A stretch of DNA of 64,000 nt from an uncultured Gemmatimonadales bacterium (GCA_963739455.1 CAVUAK010000001.1:2464001-2528000); one strand, 5' to 3'. Shown: positions 52,295-61,404, counted from the first letter of the stretch. Numbers and translations: made by a program. The notes: generated from the sequence alone by a model not told the origin.

Positions 52295-53411
52295 CTAGGG
52301 CGCAGGACTCCCGCCGAGGAACTGCCGCATCGCGGCAGTCACCTCGACCGGGTTGGAATCGAAGACGTAGTGATTGGCTCCGTGCAGCGCGAGCAGCCGC
52401 ATCCCGCGGAGTTCGCGCTGCGCTCGTGCGGTGCGCTCCGCCGCCCACTCCTGCAGCGTTGCCGTGAACTTGATCGCCAGGGCCTGGTCCTCCGGGCTCA
52501 TCGCCTGCCACGTGGGAAAGACGTTCGGCATCGAGTCTACTACGCGAGTTGATCGCCAGCGCTGGCGCCTGCACCGCGCCGTAGTCCGGGTGCCCGACGC
52601 CGACGAGCATCAGCGAGTCGATGACCGACGGCGTCACGTCGCGCCGTGAGCCGTGCCCGCAGCATCGTAGCGCCCGATGGCGCGGAGCTGCGCCTCCGGG
52701 ATCCGCATGCCGAACGAACGCTTCAGGTACTCCTGCACGGCGACGGGAGACGCCGAGTCGGCCGCGAGCATCGGGGGCGGGGGAGGACTGCCGCCCAGCA
52801 GCGCCGCGATGTCACTGTGGTCGTAGACGGCGTCGAGGTAGATGAGGTGACTCACCCGCTCCGGGTGCGCCGCCGCAATCCCCGTCAGCTCGTCGCCCGC
52901 AATCGAGTGACCCGCCAGCGCCACCCGCCCGAGGCCGAGCGTGTCGAGCACGGCGATCACGTCCGCCACTCGCGTCGCCACGTCGTATCCCGTGCTCGGT
53001 TGCGACGACGCACCATAGCCTCGGCGCGTTATCCCGATCACGTGATACTGGTCGGTGAACTGGGGCGCGAAATCGTCGAACCCGTGCGCCACGTCCTGTA
53101 GCCCCGACAGGAATACCAGCGGCGGCCCCGATCCGCCCCAGTCCAGCACCTCGAGTGACACATCCGGGTGCCACGGTGACGAATCGCACCGTGTGATGTG
53201 ATGGATCGACCCACGCATTCGTGGGTGGTGCCGCCCGCACGATCGCCTTGCCCAGGTGTGGCAGCCCCATGATCCACGCGACGCCCAGCGCCATCAGGAC
53301 CGCACCACCGGCAATGGCAAGCGCATGTGAATGCCGGTAGGCACCGACGAGCATAAGGCCCAGGCCGATCAGGAACAGCGCGATGAAGGCCCACACGACT
53401 ATGCTACCCAC
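52295..53411 (-). CDS. Membrane-anchored alpha/beta hydrolase (several frameshifts)
   Basis: LEVLDWGGSG, ITRRGYGASS, GHSIAGDEL, GANHYVF across four ORF pieces. Confidence 0.8.
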
Positions 53412-54054
53412 GGAGGGGCCCCATCAGCTTTGCAGAGACCGCCGAGAGCCACACCCACGACAGCACCACCACCGCCGTGAACACCGGAACGATCCACGGC
53501 TCCTTCGACCCCGATGCAATGTTGCCGAAGCCCGCGAGGAACAGGACACCGGTGGCCACTGAGAAGATCGCCCAGCCGTATTGCCGGAGGCCGACAAACC
53601 GTCGCGCGAACACCAGCGTGGCTCCGATCAACCCGATGAATCCGATGCCGCCCGCCATGAAGTGAAGCGGCCCGTGCCAGGTCATTACGGCCGGTGGCCC
53701 CGGCGGCGTCCCCGGCGGGAATCCATCCATCGGGTCGGCCACGAAGATCCCCGCCGCAATGAGCCCGAGGCCGTATAGGCCCAGCAGGATCGGCGCCCAC
53801 GTTCCCGCTCGCCCCGGGTGCAGCGCCCGCCGTATCCCCACCGCGCCCGCGATCACCAGCAACCCCGTCACGATGAAGCTGGTGATCTGGATCCAGCCGA
53901 GGTCGCCGTTGCTCATGAGGCTCAGCGCATGGCGCCGGATGTCGAATCCCTCGCGCAGGAGTACCTGCATCAGGCCCACGACCACGTAGACCGGACCGGC
54001 GAGCACGCCACACTTGAGGAGGCGTAGCGTCAGCGCATTGTCTGTCTGGCTCAT
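53404..54054 (-). CDS. DUF998 family membrane protein
   Basis: GFDIRRHALSLMSNGDLGWIQ, GIFVADPMDGFPPGTP, HGPLH. Confidence 0.8.
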   Translation of the reverse strand: MSQTDNALTLRLLKCGVLAGPVYVVVGLMQVLLREGFDIRRHALSLMSNGDLGWIQITSFIVTGLLVIAGAVGIRRALHPGRAGTWAPILLGLYGLGLIAAGIFVADPMDGFPPGTPPGPPAVMTWHGPLHFMAGGIGFIGLIGATLVFARRFVGLRQYGWAIFSVATGVLFLAGFGNIASGSKEPWIVPVFTAVVVLSWVWLSAVSAKLMGPLRG

Positions 54055-54434
54055 CGGCTCACCTTCGCAACATGCTGGTCGATCAGGACCGGGTTCCCAT
54101 CGGGATCGATCACCATCATGCTCGCCGGGCCCGTCGACGAATCATCGGCCTCGGCCGCCAGCGCGATGCCTGCGTCCTTGAGCCTTCGCTGTATCTCCCG
54201 GACGTCGTCAAAGTCCGCCAGGGCGTTGCCCGATCGGTCCCAGCCAGGATTGAACGTCAGCGTGTTCTTGGGGAACATCCCCTGGAAGAGGCCGATTGTG
54301 GACGAGTCGTTCTGCAGGATGAGCCAGTGCTTCTGGTCTCCCAGGATCACGCGGAAGCCCAGCGTCTCATAGAACTCGCGCGACTTGGCGATGTCCTTGA
54401 CCGCAAGGCTCACTGAAAAGTTCCCCAGTCGCAT
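54051..54434 (-). CDS. VOC/glyoxalase family protein
   Basis: FSVSLAVKDI-KS-EFYE-LGF, IGLFQGMF, DPDGNPVLIDQHV. Confidence 0.88.
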   Translation of the reverse strand: MRLGNFSVSLAVKDIAKSREFYETLGFRVILGDQKHWLILQNDSSTIGLFQGMFPKNTLTFNPGWDRSGNALADFDDVREIQRRLKDAGIALAAEADDSSTGPASMMVIDPDGNPVLIDQHVAKVSR

Positions 54435-54472
54435 GGAATCATCTCCTGTTCCGGAAGGACACTGCGGCCGTG

Positions 54473-55030
54473 TCAGGCCGCGATGGTCGATTGATGCCAG
54501 GCAGCGACGCCCATGGTGACGAGCCCCGCGTTCCGGATGGTAGTCCCCAGGGTCTGCAGGAGATCCGGTACTGGAAGCAGCCCGACGAGCAGGTTCAGCG
54601 CTAGTCCCCCGAGGAAGAGCCAGCCCGTCCAGGCGGGAAATATCCGTGCGCGGATGGTGGCCCACCCGAACGCCGCACCCCCGACGAGCATTGCCACACC
54701 ATGGACGGTATAGACCTTCCCGAGCTGGTCCCAGAGCTGGTCATAGTTGGCGACGTGCCCCGCGATGGCCGTCAGTGTGGTATGGGCGAAGTAGATGAAG
54801 GCGAAGCCGTAGAGCAGGGCACCGGCGAGACCAACCCTGGAAATCTGCGGGCGCTGAACGCAGTACAGCCCCAGGAGTACCGCCGGTATTGGAAGGAACG
54901 CGAGGTAGTTGAGCCAGAGCTGGGGAGCCGTGAACCCGCCATTGAGCCACTCCATGGCGTCCGTCACGGTGTGGGCCGCGGGTGCCAGCATCGCACCGAC
55001 CGCTATCACGCGTTGCGTAGCTCGATCCAT
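54473..55030 (-). CDS. Hypothetical multi-pass membrane protein
   Basis: About six hydrophobic segments; co-oriented with neighbours. Confidence 0.7.
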   Translation of the reverse strand: MDRATQRVIAVGAMLAPAAHTVTDAMEWLNGGFTAPQLWLNYLAFLPIPAVLLGLYCVQRPQISRVGLAGALLYGFAFIYFAHTTLTAIAGHVANYDQLWDQLGKVYTVHGVAMLVGGAAFGWATIRARIFPAWTGWLFLGGLALNLLVGLLPVPDLLQTLGTTIRNAGLVTMGVAAWHQSTIAA

Positions 55031-55042
55031 GGGATGGAGCGC

Positions 55043-55414
55043 CTAGTCCTTACCGAACAGCCAGGGCCACACCAGCAGGCTCACTATTGCGCCCGTGGCC
55101 GCTCCCGCCACCAGCGCAGTGATCTCGGCGCTCTTGAACCCCTCCTCATCCCCAGTGGCACTGGTGATGGCGGCCGCCAGGATGCCACCGGTGGCAGCAA
55201 AGATCGCTGTCCGCCATCCCGTACTGGAAATCACCGATCGGCGGGCGTCTTGCTCGTTGCCGCCGGGCATCGGTGTCTCGTAGCTCAGGCTCGACCATGC
55301 GGCGGACTGCACGACGATCGACCTTGGTGCCGCGGGCGCTTGCGCCGCGCCAACCTTCGGAGCCGTGATTGTGAGTATCGCGAGCACTGTGCTCAGGTGT
55401 GAGAGGTTGATCAA
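55043..55414 (-). CDS. Hypothetical protein (signal peptide plus glycine-zipper-like helices)
   Basis: 123 aa ORF, TTG start. Confidence 0.5.
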   Translation of the reverse strand: MINLSHLSTVLAILTITAPKVGAAQAPAAPRSIVVQSAAWSSLSYETPMPGGNEQDARRSVISSTGWRTAIFAATGGILAAAITSATGDEEGFKSAEITALVAGAATGAIVSLLVWPWLFGKD

Positions 55415-55512
55415 CTTGTGCCCGTTACTGAAGAGTGACTTGCGGCTGGACCTTCGCGCCCTGGGGAGAAGTCTAGGCTTTCCCGACGCTGTCCTCTTGG
55501 ACAGCAGGGCAA

Positions 55513-56331
55513 CTAAGAGTCCAGGTGGCGAAGTTGGTGTCCCACTATCAGGCCGAAGACGACTGTCATCAAGCCGTAGACCATGAGATCCGAACGTGCA
55601 GGCGCGTTGACCGCTCCTTTTGACAGGGCCTGTAGGCCTGCCATGACAAGAAGGCCGCCGGCAACGCTGAAGACTCCCGCCGCGTAGGGGCCGGCACGCC
55701 CCAGCTGATGGGTCGGGCGTCGGATAGCGGCGTAGGTGAGACCGCCACCGAATCCAATGAGAAATCCCATCGCGAGTAAGCGGCCAGCTGCAAAGAGGAG
55801 TGCCCCCAAGGAGTGACCTCTACCCCTTATGAGAAGCCCGAGCACGCGCAGCAAGGCGAAGAGCGTCATGCCGATGGCCCCGTACAGCGCCGATTGGAGC
55901 CAGCGAGGCACCCGCGACAGCACCTTGTGAAGGCTGACGGCAATTTGTGCTAGAGCAGGCAACGGGGGCGCCGGCATCACCCCAAGGTGCTCGACCGCTT
56001 TCAGCCGGGCCTGACATAGGGTACACGTCGGCATATGCGCTTCGAGAGCCGTGACCGCATGCTTCGCCTGCGTGGTCGACTTTGCTTGCTCCGCAGCTTC
56101 AAGCAGGGTGACGGCCTGCGTGCACTCTGGAAGCTGTAGTCGCTCCAGCAGGACGCGTCGTTCCTCGTGCGCGAGAACCCACAGCGCTTGTCGACTGACC
56201 GAGGCTGGCAGGCCGCTGGTAATCGTTTCCAGCGTGGAAATCTCATCGACGTGCCTGCCCAGCAGCTCGGCTAACCGTTCCGGGCTCGTGCCGATGGCCG
56301 TGCGGCGTTGCTTCAGCTCAAGGCCTGTCAG
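55513..56331 (-). CDS. XRE-like HTH + HxxxCxxC motif + multi-TM protein
   Basis: ORF 55513-56034 extends in frame 99 codons to a CTG preceded by AAGGAG: LTGLELKQRRTAIGTSPERLAELLGRHVDEISTLE...C-x28-HMPTCTLC, then TM helices. Confidence 0.65.
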   Translation of the reverse strand: MTGLELKQRRTAIGTSPERLAELLGRHVDEISTLETITSGLPASVSRQALWVLAHEERRVLLERLQLPECTQAVTLLEAAEQAKSTTQAKHAVTALEAHMPTCTLCQARLKAVEHLGVMPAPPLPALAQIAVSLHKVLSRVPRWLQSALYGAIGMTLFALLRVLGLLIRGRGHSLGALLFAAGRLLAMGFLIGFGGGLTYAAIRRPTHQLGRAGPYAAGVFSVAGGLLVMAGLQALSKGAVNAPARSDLMVYGLMTVVFGLIVGHQLRHLDS

Positions 56332-56611
56332 GTCGGGACTCCTTCATGCGGTGTACGACGCATTGCACATGTGCTGGGTCTGCGATCGTCACCAACTCGC
56401 AATGTCATGATGGGTGACCGGGCACCGGGCCCGCTGGTACCCCATTCAAGCACCTGCTTCACGGAGTCGACCGTGAAGGGCAGCGCGATCCAGGCTCCCG
56501 CCACGAACCTAGGTACCGGTTTCGGGTCACTAGCTCACTCAATTCAAGGTCTCAAAATGCGCACGGTCGGATTTTAGCAGCTCTATTCTCGTCGCCGATC
56601 CTGTGCCTGCG

Positions 56612-56739
56612 GCATAACGCGTGGCACATATGCTGCGGCCGCGGTCCGCGGCGCCAGCGACGCGACTGAACGAGCCCCTGGCACAGGCGGCGATCGCGCC
56701 GCAGATCCACCCGCGGCCGACAGCCACCATGTGTTATGC
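56612..56739 (-). repeat. attC site (128 bp)
   Basis: GCATAAC...GTTATGC with family-conserved inner arms. Confidence 0.85.
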
Positions 56740-56760
56740 AGCAGGTCGCGCTGCAGTGCG

Positions 56761-57372
56761 CTACTCTAGCAGGCGCCACATCAGACGATCCAGCCAGCCT
56801 GGTACCCGCGGCAGTGCTTCGTGGTCCTTACTGTAATCCTGCTCTACCGTCAAGAGACGCGCGCTAGCAGCCGAAGCGAGCTGACTTGCCTCCGGAAGCC
56901 GTGTGGCGAAGACGATCTCCGCCTCAAGGCAAGCTCGCTCGACGCTTAGCGCAGCGCCGGGATCGGTCCGGTATGAGATATCCGGACGTGAGGCGTGCAA
57001 GGCGTCGTGCACGAGCTGCTGGGCAATCCGGGCTGGCTCCGAACCTCGGAGGAACCTGATGTCCAGATCACACGAGCGCGAAACTCGACGGTAGCGGCCT
57101 CGCATCTCTCCGGCTAGCAGATGCACGACCACGTAGTCAGTGCTATCGCGCAGCTTTTGCCATTCCTCGGGAGCGTGGTCTCGGATGACCACGAAGGCGG
57201 ATGCGGTGCGCTCGAACAGTGCTTCGTCGGATGGCTCAACAATGAGGCCGATCCCATGCACAACAGGCGCTCGTGATCGGATCTGGCGCGCCACGACGCT
57301 ATCTGCGGCGGTCAGCGCGGACATTATCCCCGACAGCGCCTGACGCGTGAAGCCGCGCCCGATATTGGCCAC
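56761..57372 (-). CDS. Cassette ORF, hypothetical (HDxxH metalloprotease-like motif)
   Basis: AGGAG RBS, GTG start just after an attC, LVHDALH. Confidence 0.65.
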   Translation of the reverse strand: MANIGRGFTRQALSGIMSALTAADSVVARQIRSRAPVVHGIGLIVEPSDEALFERTASAFVVIRDHAPEEWQKLRDSTDYVVVHLLAGEMRGRYRRVSRSCDLDIRFLRGSEPARIAQQLVHDALHASRPDISYRTDPGAALSVERACLEAEIVFATRLPEASQLASAASARLLTVEQDYSKDHEALPRVPGWLDRLMWRLLE

Positions 57373-57402
57373 AGATCTCCTACCGTTCAGGGGCTTGCTG
57401 CT

Positions 57403-57474
57403 GCATAACGCGTTGCACGTGTGCTGCGGCCGCAGGATTACCCGCGGCCTGCAGCCACTATGTGCTTGTTAGGC
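57403..57474 (-). repeat. attC site, short variant (72 bp)
   Basis: GCATAAC...GTTAGGC with the central arm missing. Confidence 0.85.
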
Positions 57475-57491
57475 GACACTGGGATGAGGAG

Positions 57492-58256
57492 CTACGGCAA
57501 TGGCAGCGCGCCAAGCGACTCATACTGCGCCCACAGAGGCGTTTCTTCGAGCGGCCGACGCTCAAAGTTCTGCCCTCCCCGCCTCATATCTACCAATGCC
57601 CCGGTGGGCGCGACGAGCCACCAATCTTTCGAGCCATCCGGATCCGTGAGCTCATACAGCTTACCCTTACCGCGCGCAGACGCGGTAACCGTGACAAGGT
57701 CCCATTTTGCCGCAAACGGCCTGTAGATCAGGACCCGCCACGGCTGTGGCGCCCCGTTGAGTGACGCCAATACGGGCACCAGGAGATCCTCCATGCCGTA
57801 GTCGGCGACTCCCCACGGTTCTTTCGGAATGGGATATGCAGCGCGGGTTGTTCCCGTAATGCGGATAGAGTCGGCGGATGCTGTGATGACCACTTGGGTT
57901 TCCACGCTGTCGCCCGATGTCCAGAGCGCCTGCGCTTGGGTTGGGCGGCCGCCATCTAGGCGCACTGCCGAGGTGCCCAGGTAGGCTTCCCCGCGAACCA
58001 TTGCCGCCGACACTTGATTCTGGGACCGCTGTACGAGATGAAGCAGGATCGGACGCCCATCGTACCACGACACAAGGGTATCACCGGAGGCGAGCTGCCT
58101 GGACGCGTGAGCCGCGATAAAGGCCGCGAGTAGGTCGTGCGTTTGGTGAGCCGTGGGGGCCTGTGCCGCCGTGGGCCCGGGGAGCAATAGGCTGCCGGCA
58201 CCGACACAGGCGAGCACGCGGCAAATGATGAGTTGAAGCAAAAGCAGATTCCCCAT
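57492..58256 (-). CDS. Cassette ORF, hypothetical exported protein
   Basis: ATG about 10 nt after the attC; signal-peptide-like N-terminus. Confidence 0.7.
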   Translation of the reverse strand: MGNLLLLQLIICRVLACVGAGSLLLPGPTAAQAPTAHQTHDLLAAFIAAHASRQLASGDTLVSWYDGRPILLHLVQRSQNQVSAAMVRGEAYLGTSAVRLDGGRPTQAQALWTSGDSVETQVVITASADSIRITGTTRAAYPIPKEPWGVADYGMEDLLVPVLASLNGAPQPWRVLIYRPFAAKWDLVTVTASARGKGKLYELTDPDGSKDWWLVAPTGALVDMRRGGQNFERRPLEETPLWAQYESLGALPLP

Positions 58257-58265
58257 TGTGGTGCC

Positions 58266-58396
58266 GCCCAACGCGTTGCACATGTGCTGCGGCCGCGGTG
58301 GCGGCGCGAGCGCGGCGGCTGAACAGGCTCCTAGCACAGGCCGCGCTCGTGCCGCACGAACTACCAGCGGCCGGCGGCACCATGCGCGTGTTAGGT
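58266..58396 (-). repeat. attC site (131 bp)
   Basis: GCCCAAC...GTTAGGT. Confidence 0.9.
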
Positions 58397-58444
58397 GGCT
58401 CCCGAACCCGTTTCGGGGTCGGTGCCCCTTACCCCCGGATCGTA

Positions 58445-58996
58445 TTACTGGTGCTCAGACCAGTGGCCGTCGCTGCGACGAACCCTAAGCACAGCCTGGG
58501 CGCGCGGGTCGTGCTCCAGTGCCCCGATGTTCCACCCGACTTGGACGGCGAATAGCTGTGTCCAGAGACGCGTGCCGGCGTGTGAGAGCAGGTGAGATTC
58601 CTCGTTAACCTTCAGCAATATCATCGACGTGGCCGTTAGGCCAAGCGTGTTGCTCAACTCGTCGAAGATCACAGTGGCGTTACTGAGAATCTTCTCTGCG
58701 CCCCGCCGACGGTCACCACTTAGCTCATGCACGAGCGTGAGCGCGATGATGCCGCGGGTGGTGGTTGGAGACAGGAGCGCCGGCGATGGAAGCCTTGCTA
58801 GGAACGCCTCAACCTCCGCTGGAGCCACCCTGCGCAGCGACGGTGTGAATAGGTAGGGATCGACGCCAATGGCATGCACACCGGATGCGGGGGGCGGCCC
58901 AAGGGGCGCAACCTGCTCCTCAAAGCGAATGAGTGCGAACGCTATGCGCGCCGCCTCCAGTCTGAGATCATCAGGCATCGATGCAATCGCCGTCAT
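58445..58996 (-). CDS. Cassette ORF, hypothetical protein
   Basis: GGAGGA RBS and ATG shortly after the attC. Confidence 0.7.
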   Translation of the reverse strand: MTAIASMPDDLRLEAARIAFALIRFEEQVAPLGPPPASGVHAIGVDPYLFTPSLRRVAPAEVEAFLARLPSPALLSPTTTRGIIALTLVHELSGDRRRGAEKILSNATVIFDELSNTLGLTATSMILLKVNEESHLLSHAGTRLWTQLFAVQVGWNIGALEHDPRAQAVLRVRRSDGHWSEHQ

Positions 58997-59017
58997 ATCG
59001 TGTCCTCCGCTGTAGCC

Positions 59018-59148
59018 ACCTAACGCGTTGCACATGCGCTGCGGCCGCGGTGGCGGCGCGAGCGCGGCGGCTCAACAGGCTCCCAGCACTGGCCGCGCTC
59101 GTGCCGCATCAAGGCCCGCGGCCGACGGCCACCATGTGCTTGTTAGGC
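59018..59148 (-). repeat. attC site (131 bp)
   Basis: ACCTAAC...GTTAGGC. Confidence 0.9.
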
Positions 59149-59160
59149 GGCAACGGACAC

Positions 59161-59724
59161 TTAGTTGCCCGCAACGACCCCACGCTCATTGAATTGCACC
59201 TTGCCGACCCGCCGAGAGCCCAGATCAATCTCGGCACCGAAGTACGACGCACCGCCATCACAAGTCCGTACTGCGCGATCAGCGAAGCTCTGTAGCAGGC
59301 CCCCGAGGCCGTGCGTACTGTGACCGCCGGCGGGTGCGAGCTGCTGGCGTAGCGTGTCCTGCTGCGCCGGCGTCAGATAGGCGCCATTTGCATACAGGAC
59401 GCGCTTGCCATTGATAACAAGGCCGCCGTACTGTCGTGCATAGTTGCCTACGAGTAGCGACATACCTGGCTCCTTTGGCGCGCGTGGTAACGCCGCCGCG
59501 AGTGCCTGCGCCAACAGCGAATCAGCCAGCGCCATCTCTGCCGTGCTCGGCCGCCAAAAGGACTCGGCCTTCAAAGGACCGACTCTCGTGCACGGGTCTA
59601 GGAGACCTGGCATTGCGGAGTCGGGAAGCGCGACGGCCAAGGCGGGATCAAAGACCTGTGATCCCTGGGTATGGGCTAGGGCGGCCACTCCCAATGCTAT
59701 CGTGACGACATGGGCTAGTTGCAA
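59161..59724 (-). CDS. Cassette ORF, hypothetical exported protein
   Basis: GAGGAG RBS; signal peptide; YARQYGG, CDGG motifs. Confidence 0.72.
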   Translation of the reverse strand: MQLAHVVTIALGVAALAHTQGSQVFDPALAVALPDSAMPGLLDPCTRVGPLKAESFWRPSTAEMALADSLLAQALAAALPRAPKEPGMSLLVGNYARQYGGLVINGKRVLYANGAYLTPAQQDTLRQQLAPAGGHSTHGLGGLLQSFADRAVRTCDGGASYFGAEIDLGSRRVGKVQFNERGVVAGN

Positions 59725-59744
59725 AGCATGCGCTCCTCATTGGC

Positions 59745-59875
59745 GCCTAACGCGTTGCACATGTGCTGCGGCCGCGGTCGCGGCGCGAGCGCGGCGACTC
59801 AACAGGCTCTCAGCACTGGCCGCGCTCGTGCCGCACCAATACCCGCGGCTGACAGCCACCATGTGCTTGTTAGGC
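59745..59875 (-). repeat. attC site (131 bp)
   Basis: GCCTAAC...GTTAGGC. Confidence 0.9.
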
Positions 59876-60124
59876 CGCCGTCCCAGCCAAGCGGTTGCGG
59901 TGGTACCGCCAGGCCATGACCAGTACTGATAGCGTCAGCACGATGCTGACGGCGTCGACCAGTCGACTATCGCCGAGTCGACTCACCTGTGCGGTGGCAA
60001 CTGCGGCGGCCAAAAGCAGAAGCACCCGCGCGCGGTCCTTCAGGCCGCGCCGATAATAGATGCCGGCGACCACCGCAAACGTGATCGGAACGATTGCGAA
60101 GGCGGCGATACCGATTAGCTGCAT
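59870..60124 (-). CDS. Cassette ORF, small three-TM membrane protein
   Basis: GGAGG RBS; the TAA stop lies inside the attC inverse core (GCCTAAC). Confidence 0.75.
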   Translation of the reverse strand: MQLIGIAAFAIVPITFAVVAGIYYRRGLKDRARVLLLLAAAVATAQVSRLGDSRLVDAVSIVLTLSVLVMAWRYHRNRLAGTAA

Positions 60125-60234
60125 GGCGCCTCCAAGGTCGTATGCGGCCTAACTCTGACATCTGCTGCGGGGGCCAGCTTGCCGCCATCGCATTGACCTG
60201 AGTAAGCCTAGCCGTCGGTACGTCAGTGGGCAGG

Positions 60235-60305
60235 ATGGGACGATCGTCCCATGCCTCCCCCCCCCGTTCCCTGCGCTTGCGACGCTGGTGCCCAGACGGT
60301 ACTTT
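60235..60305 (+). promoter_or_regulatory. Perfect 18-bp palindrome upstream of a sigma70-type promoter
   Basis: ATGGGACGATCGTCCCAT at 60235-60252; TTGCGA-N17-TACTTT at 60277-60305. Confidence 0.5.
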
Positions 60306-60352
60306 ATGATGCAAAGTCGTTTGCGACGGTCGTGAAGCTTCTGGAGGGTCTC

Positions 60353-60937
60353 ATGACTGACGACAAGTCCCGCCGGCTGCGGGCCACTTTCTGGAACGCC
60401 GCGGCATGGAGTGCCGCCTGGGCCATCGCCGGCGGCGCAATCGTCACCCTCGCCGCCCTGTTCAATCCCGATCCCGCCATCGAGTCCCTCGCTGAGCGCG
60501 TCGGCATGGCGCTCTTTGCCGGGGTCACCTTTGGCTTCAGGTTCGCCATTGCGGGCGCTGTCATTGGAACCCTCTTCTCGGCCATCATCCGCTGGGGCTA
60601 CCGCGGCAAGCGCCTGGCTGACATCAGTCCCGTGAGGTTCGGGATCCTTGGCGCCGTCGTCGGCGGGGTAGGAGTGCCGCTGTTCCTGCAGCTCATGAAC
60701 GTGCTGTCCGGCGACGGGCCGATCGCTTGGGGCCTGGTCCTGGATGACGGTCCCTGGGCCGCCGTCTTTGGCGCTGCCGTTGCCGCTGGTTCCATTCTGG
60801 TCGCGCGCCGTGCCACCGCACTGTCGCACGAGTCACCCGCGCAGCAGCTCGAACGTGGAGACGACTACGGCGACCAGCTAGGTGACGATGCGGTCAGGAG
60901 CACGAAGGTGAAAACCCACCGCACGGATAATACTTGA
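60353..60937 (+). CDS. Hypothetical membrane protein
   Basis: GGAGG RBS; four TM segments. Confidence 0.7.
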   Translation: MTDDKSRRLRATFWNAAAWSAAWAIAGGAIVTLAALFNPDPAIESLAERVGMALFAGVTFGFRFAIAGAVIGTLFSAIIRWGYRGKRLADISPVRFGILGAVVGGVGVPLFLQLMNVLSGDGPIAWGLVLDDGPWAAVFGAAVAAGSILVARRATALSHESPAQQLERGDDYGDQLGDDAVRSTKVKTHRTDNT

Positions 60938-60996
60938 GGCATGGCATCATCCTTTTCTCAGGCGCACCTGCAGCGCGGCAACCCGGAGCCAACGAC

Positions 60997-61404
60997 ATGA
61001 CGCTTTTCCGCGATCTTCTCGCGAAACCCGCCAGCTTGTCCGCTGCATCGAAATACTCAGTCATGAATGGGTTTGTCTACCTTGCGCTCGGCGCCCTGTT
61101 CATTGTCTGGCCCGGCTCGGTACAAGCCATCTTCATGGATGCGCCATTCGTCGGCCACGAGAGTGCACTGTTCCGGGTTGTTGGCTTGACGATAGCCGTG
61201 ATTGGCTGGCTCTACCTGTTCGGCGGGCGTTCTGGCGCGCGGCAATTCGGTCCCGCATCCGTGCTCGATCGCGTGGTGCTCGTTCCCGCAGTGCTCGTAC
61301 CCCTGGTGTTGGCCGGCGTCTTCCCTCATACGCTGGGAGCATTTGCGATTCTCGACCCGGCACTCGGCGTGGGTGCCTGGGTACTCCATCACCGCGCGAA
61401 GTGA
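60997..61404 (+). CDS. Hypothetical membrane protein
   Basis: GGAG RBS; four TM segments. Confidence 0.72.
   Translation: MTLFRDLLAKPASLSAASKYSVMNGFVYLALGALFIVWPGSVQAIFMDAPFVGHESALFRVVGLTIAVIGWLYLFGGRSGARQFGPASVLDRVVLVPAVLVPLVLAGVFPHTLGAFAILDPALGVGAWVLHHRAK

Larger units (their letters stand above)
56352..60172 (-). mobile_element. Integron gene-cassette array without an integrase in the window (CALIN-like)
   Basis: Five related RYYYAAC...GTTRRRY-type sites alternate with single co-oriented ORFs, and each cassette's two ends are mutually complementary. Confidence 0.9.

Noticed and set aside
56612..59875. CRISPR array
   Set aside because: Repeats are 72-131 bp and separated by whole genes, with no cas genes. 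The ends fit attC.
48330..60172. Prophage or IS element
   Set aside because: No structural, terminase, integrase or transposase genes were recognised.
60147..60230. attI site with adjacent integrase
   Set aside because: The sequence resembles an attC end, and the neighbouring genes are membrane proteins, not a tyrosine recombinase.
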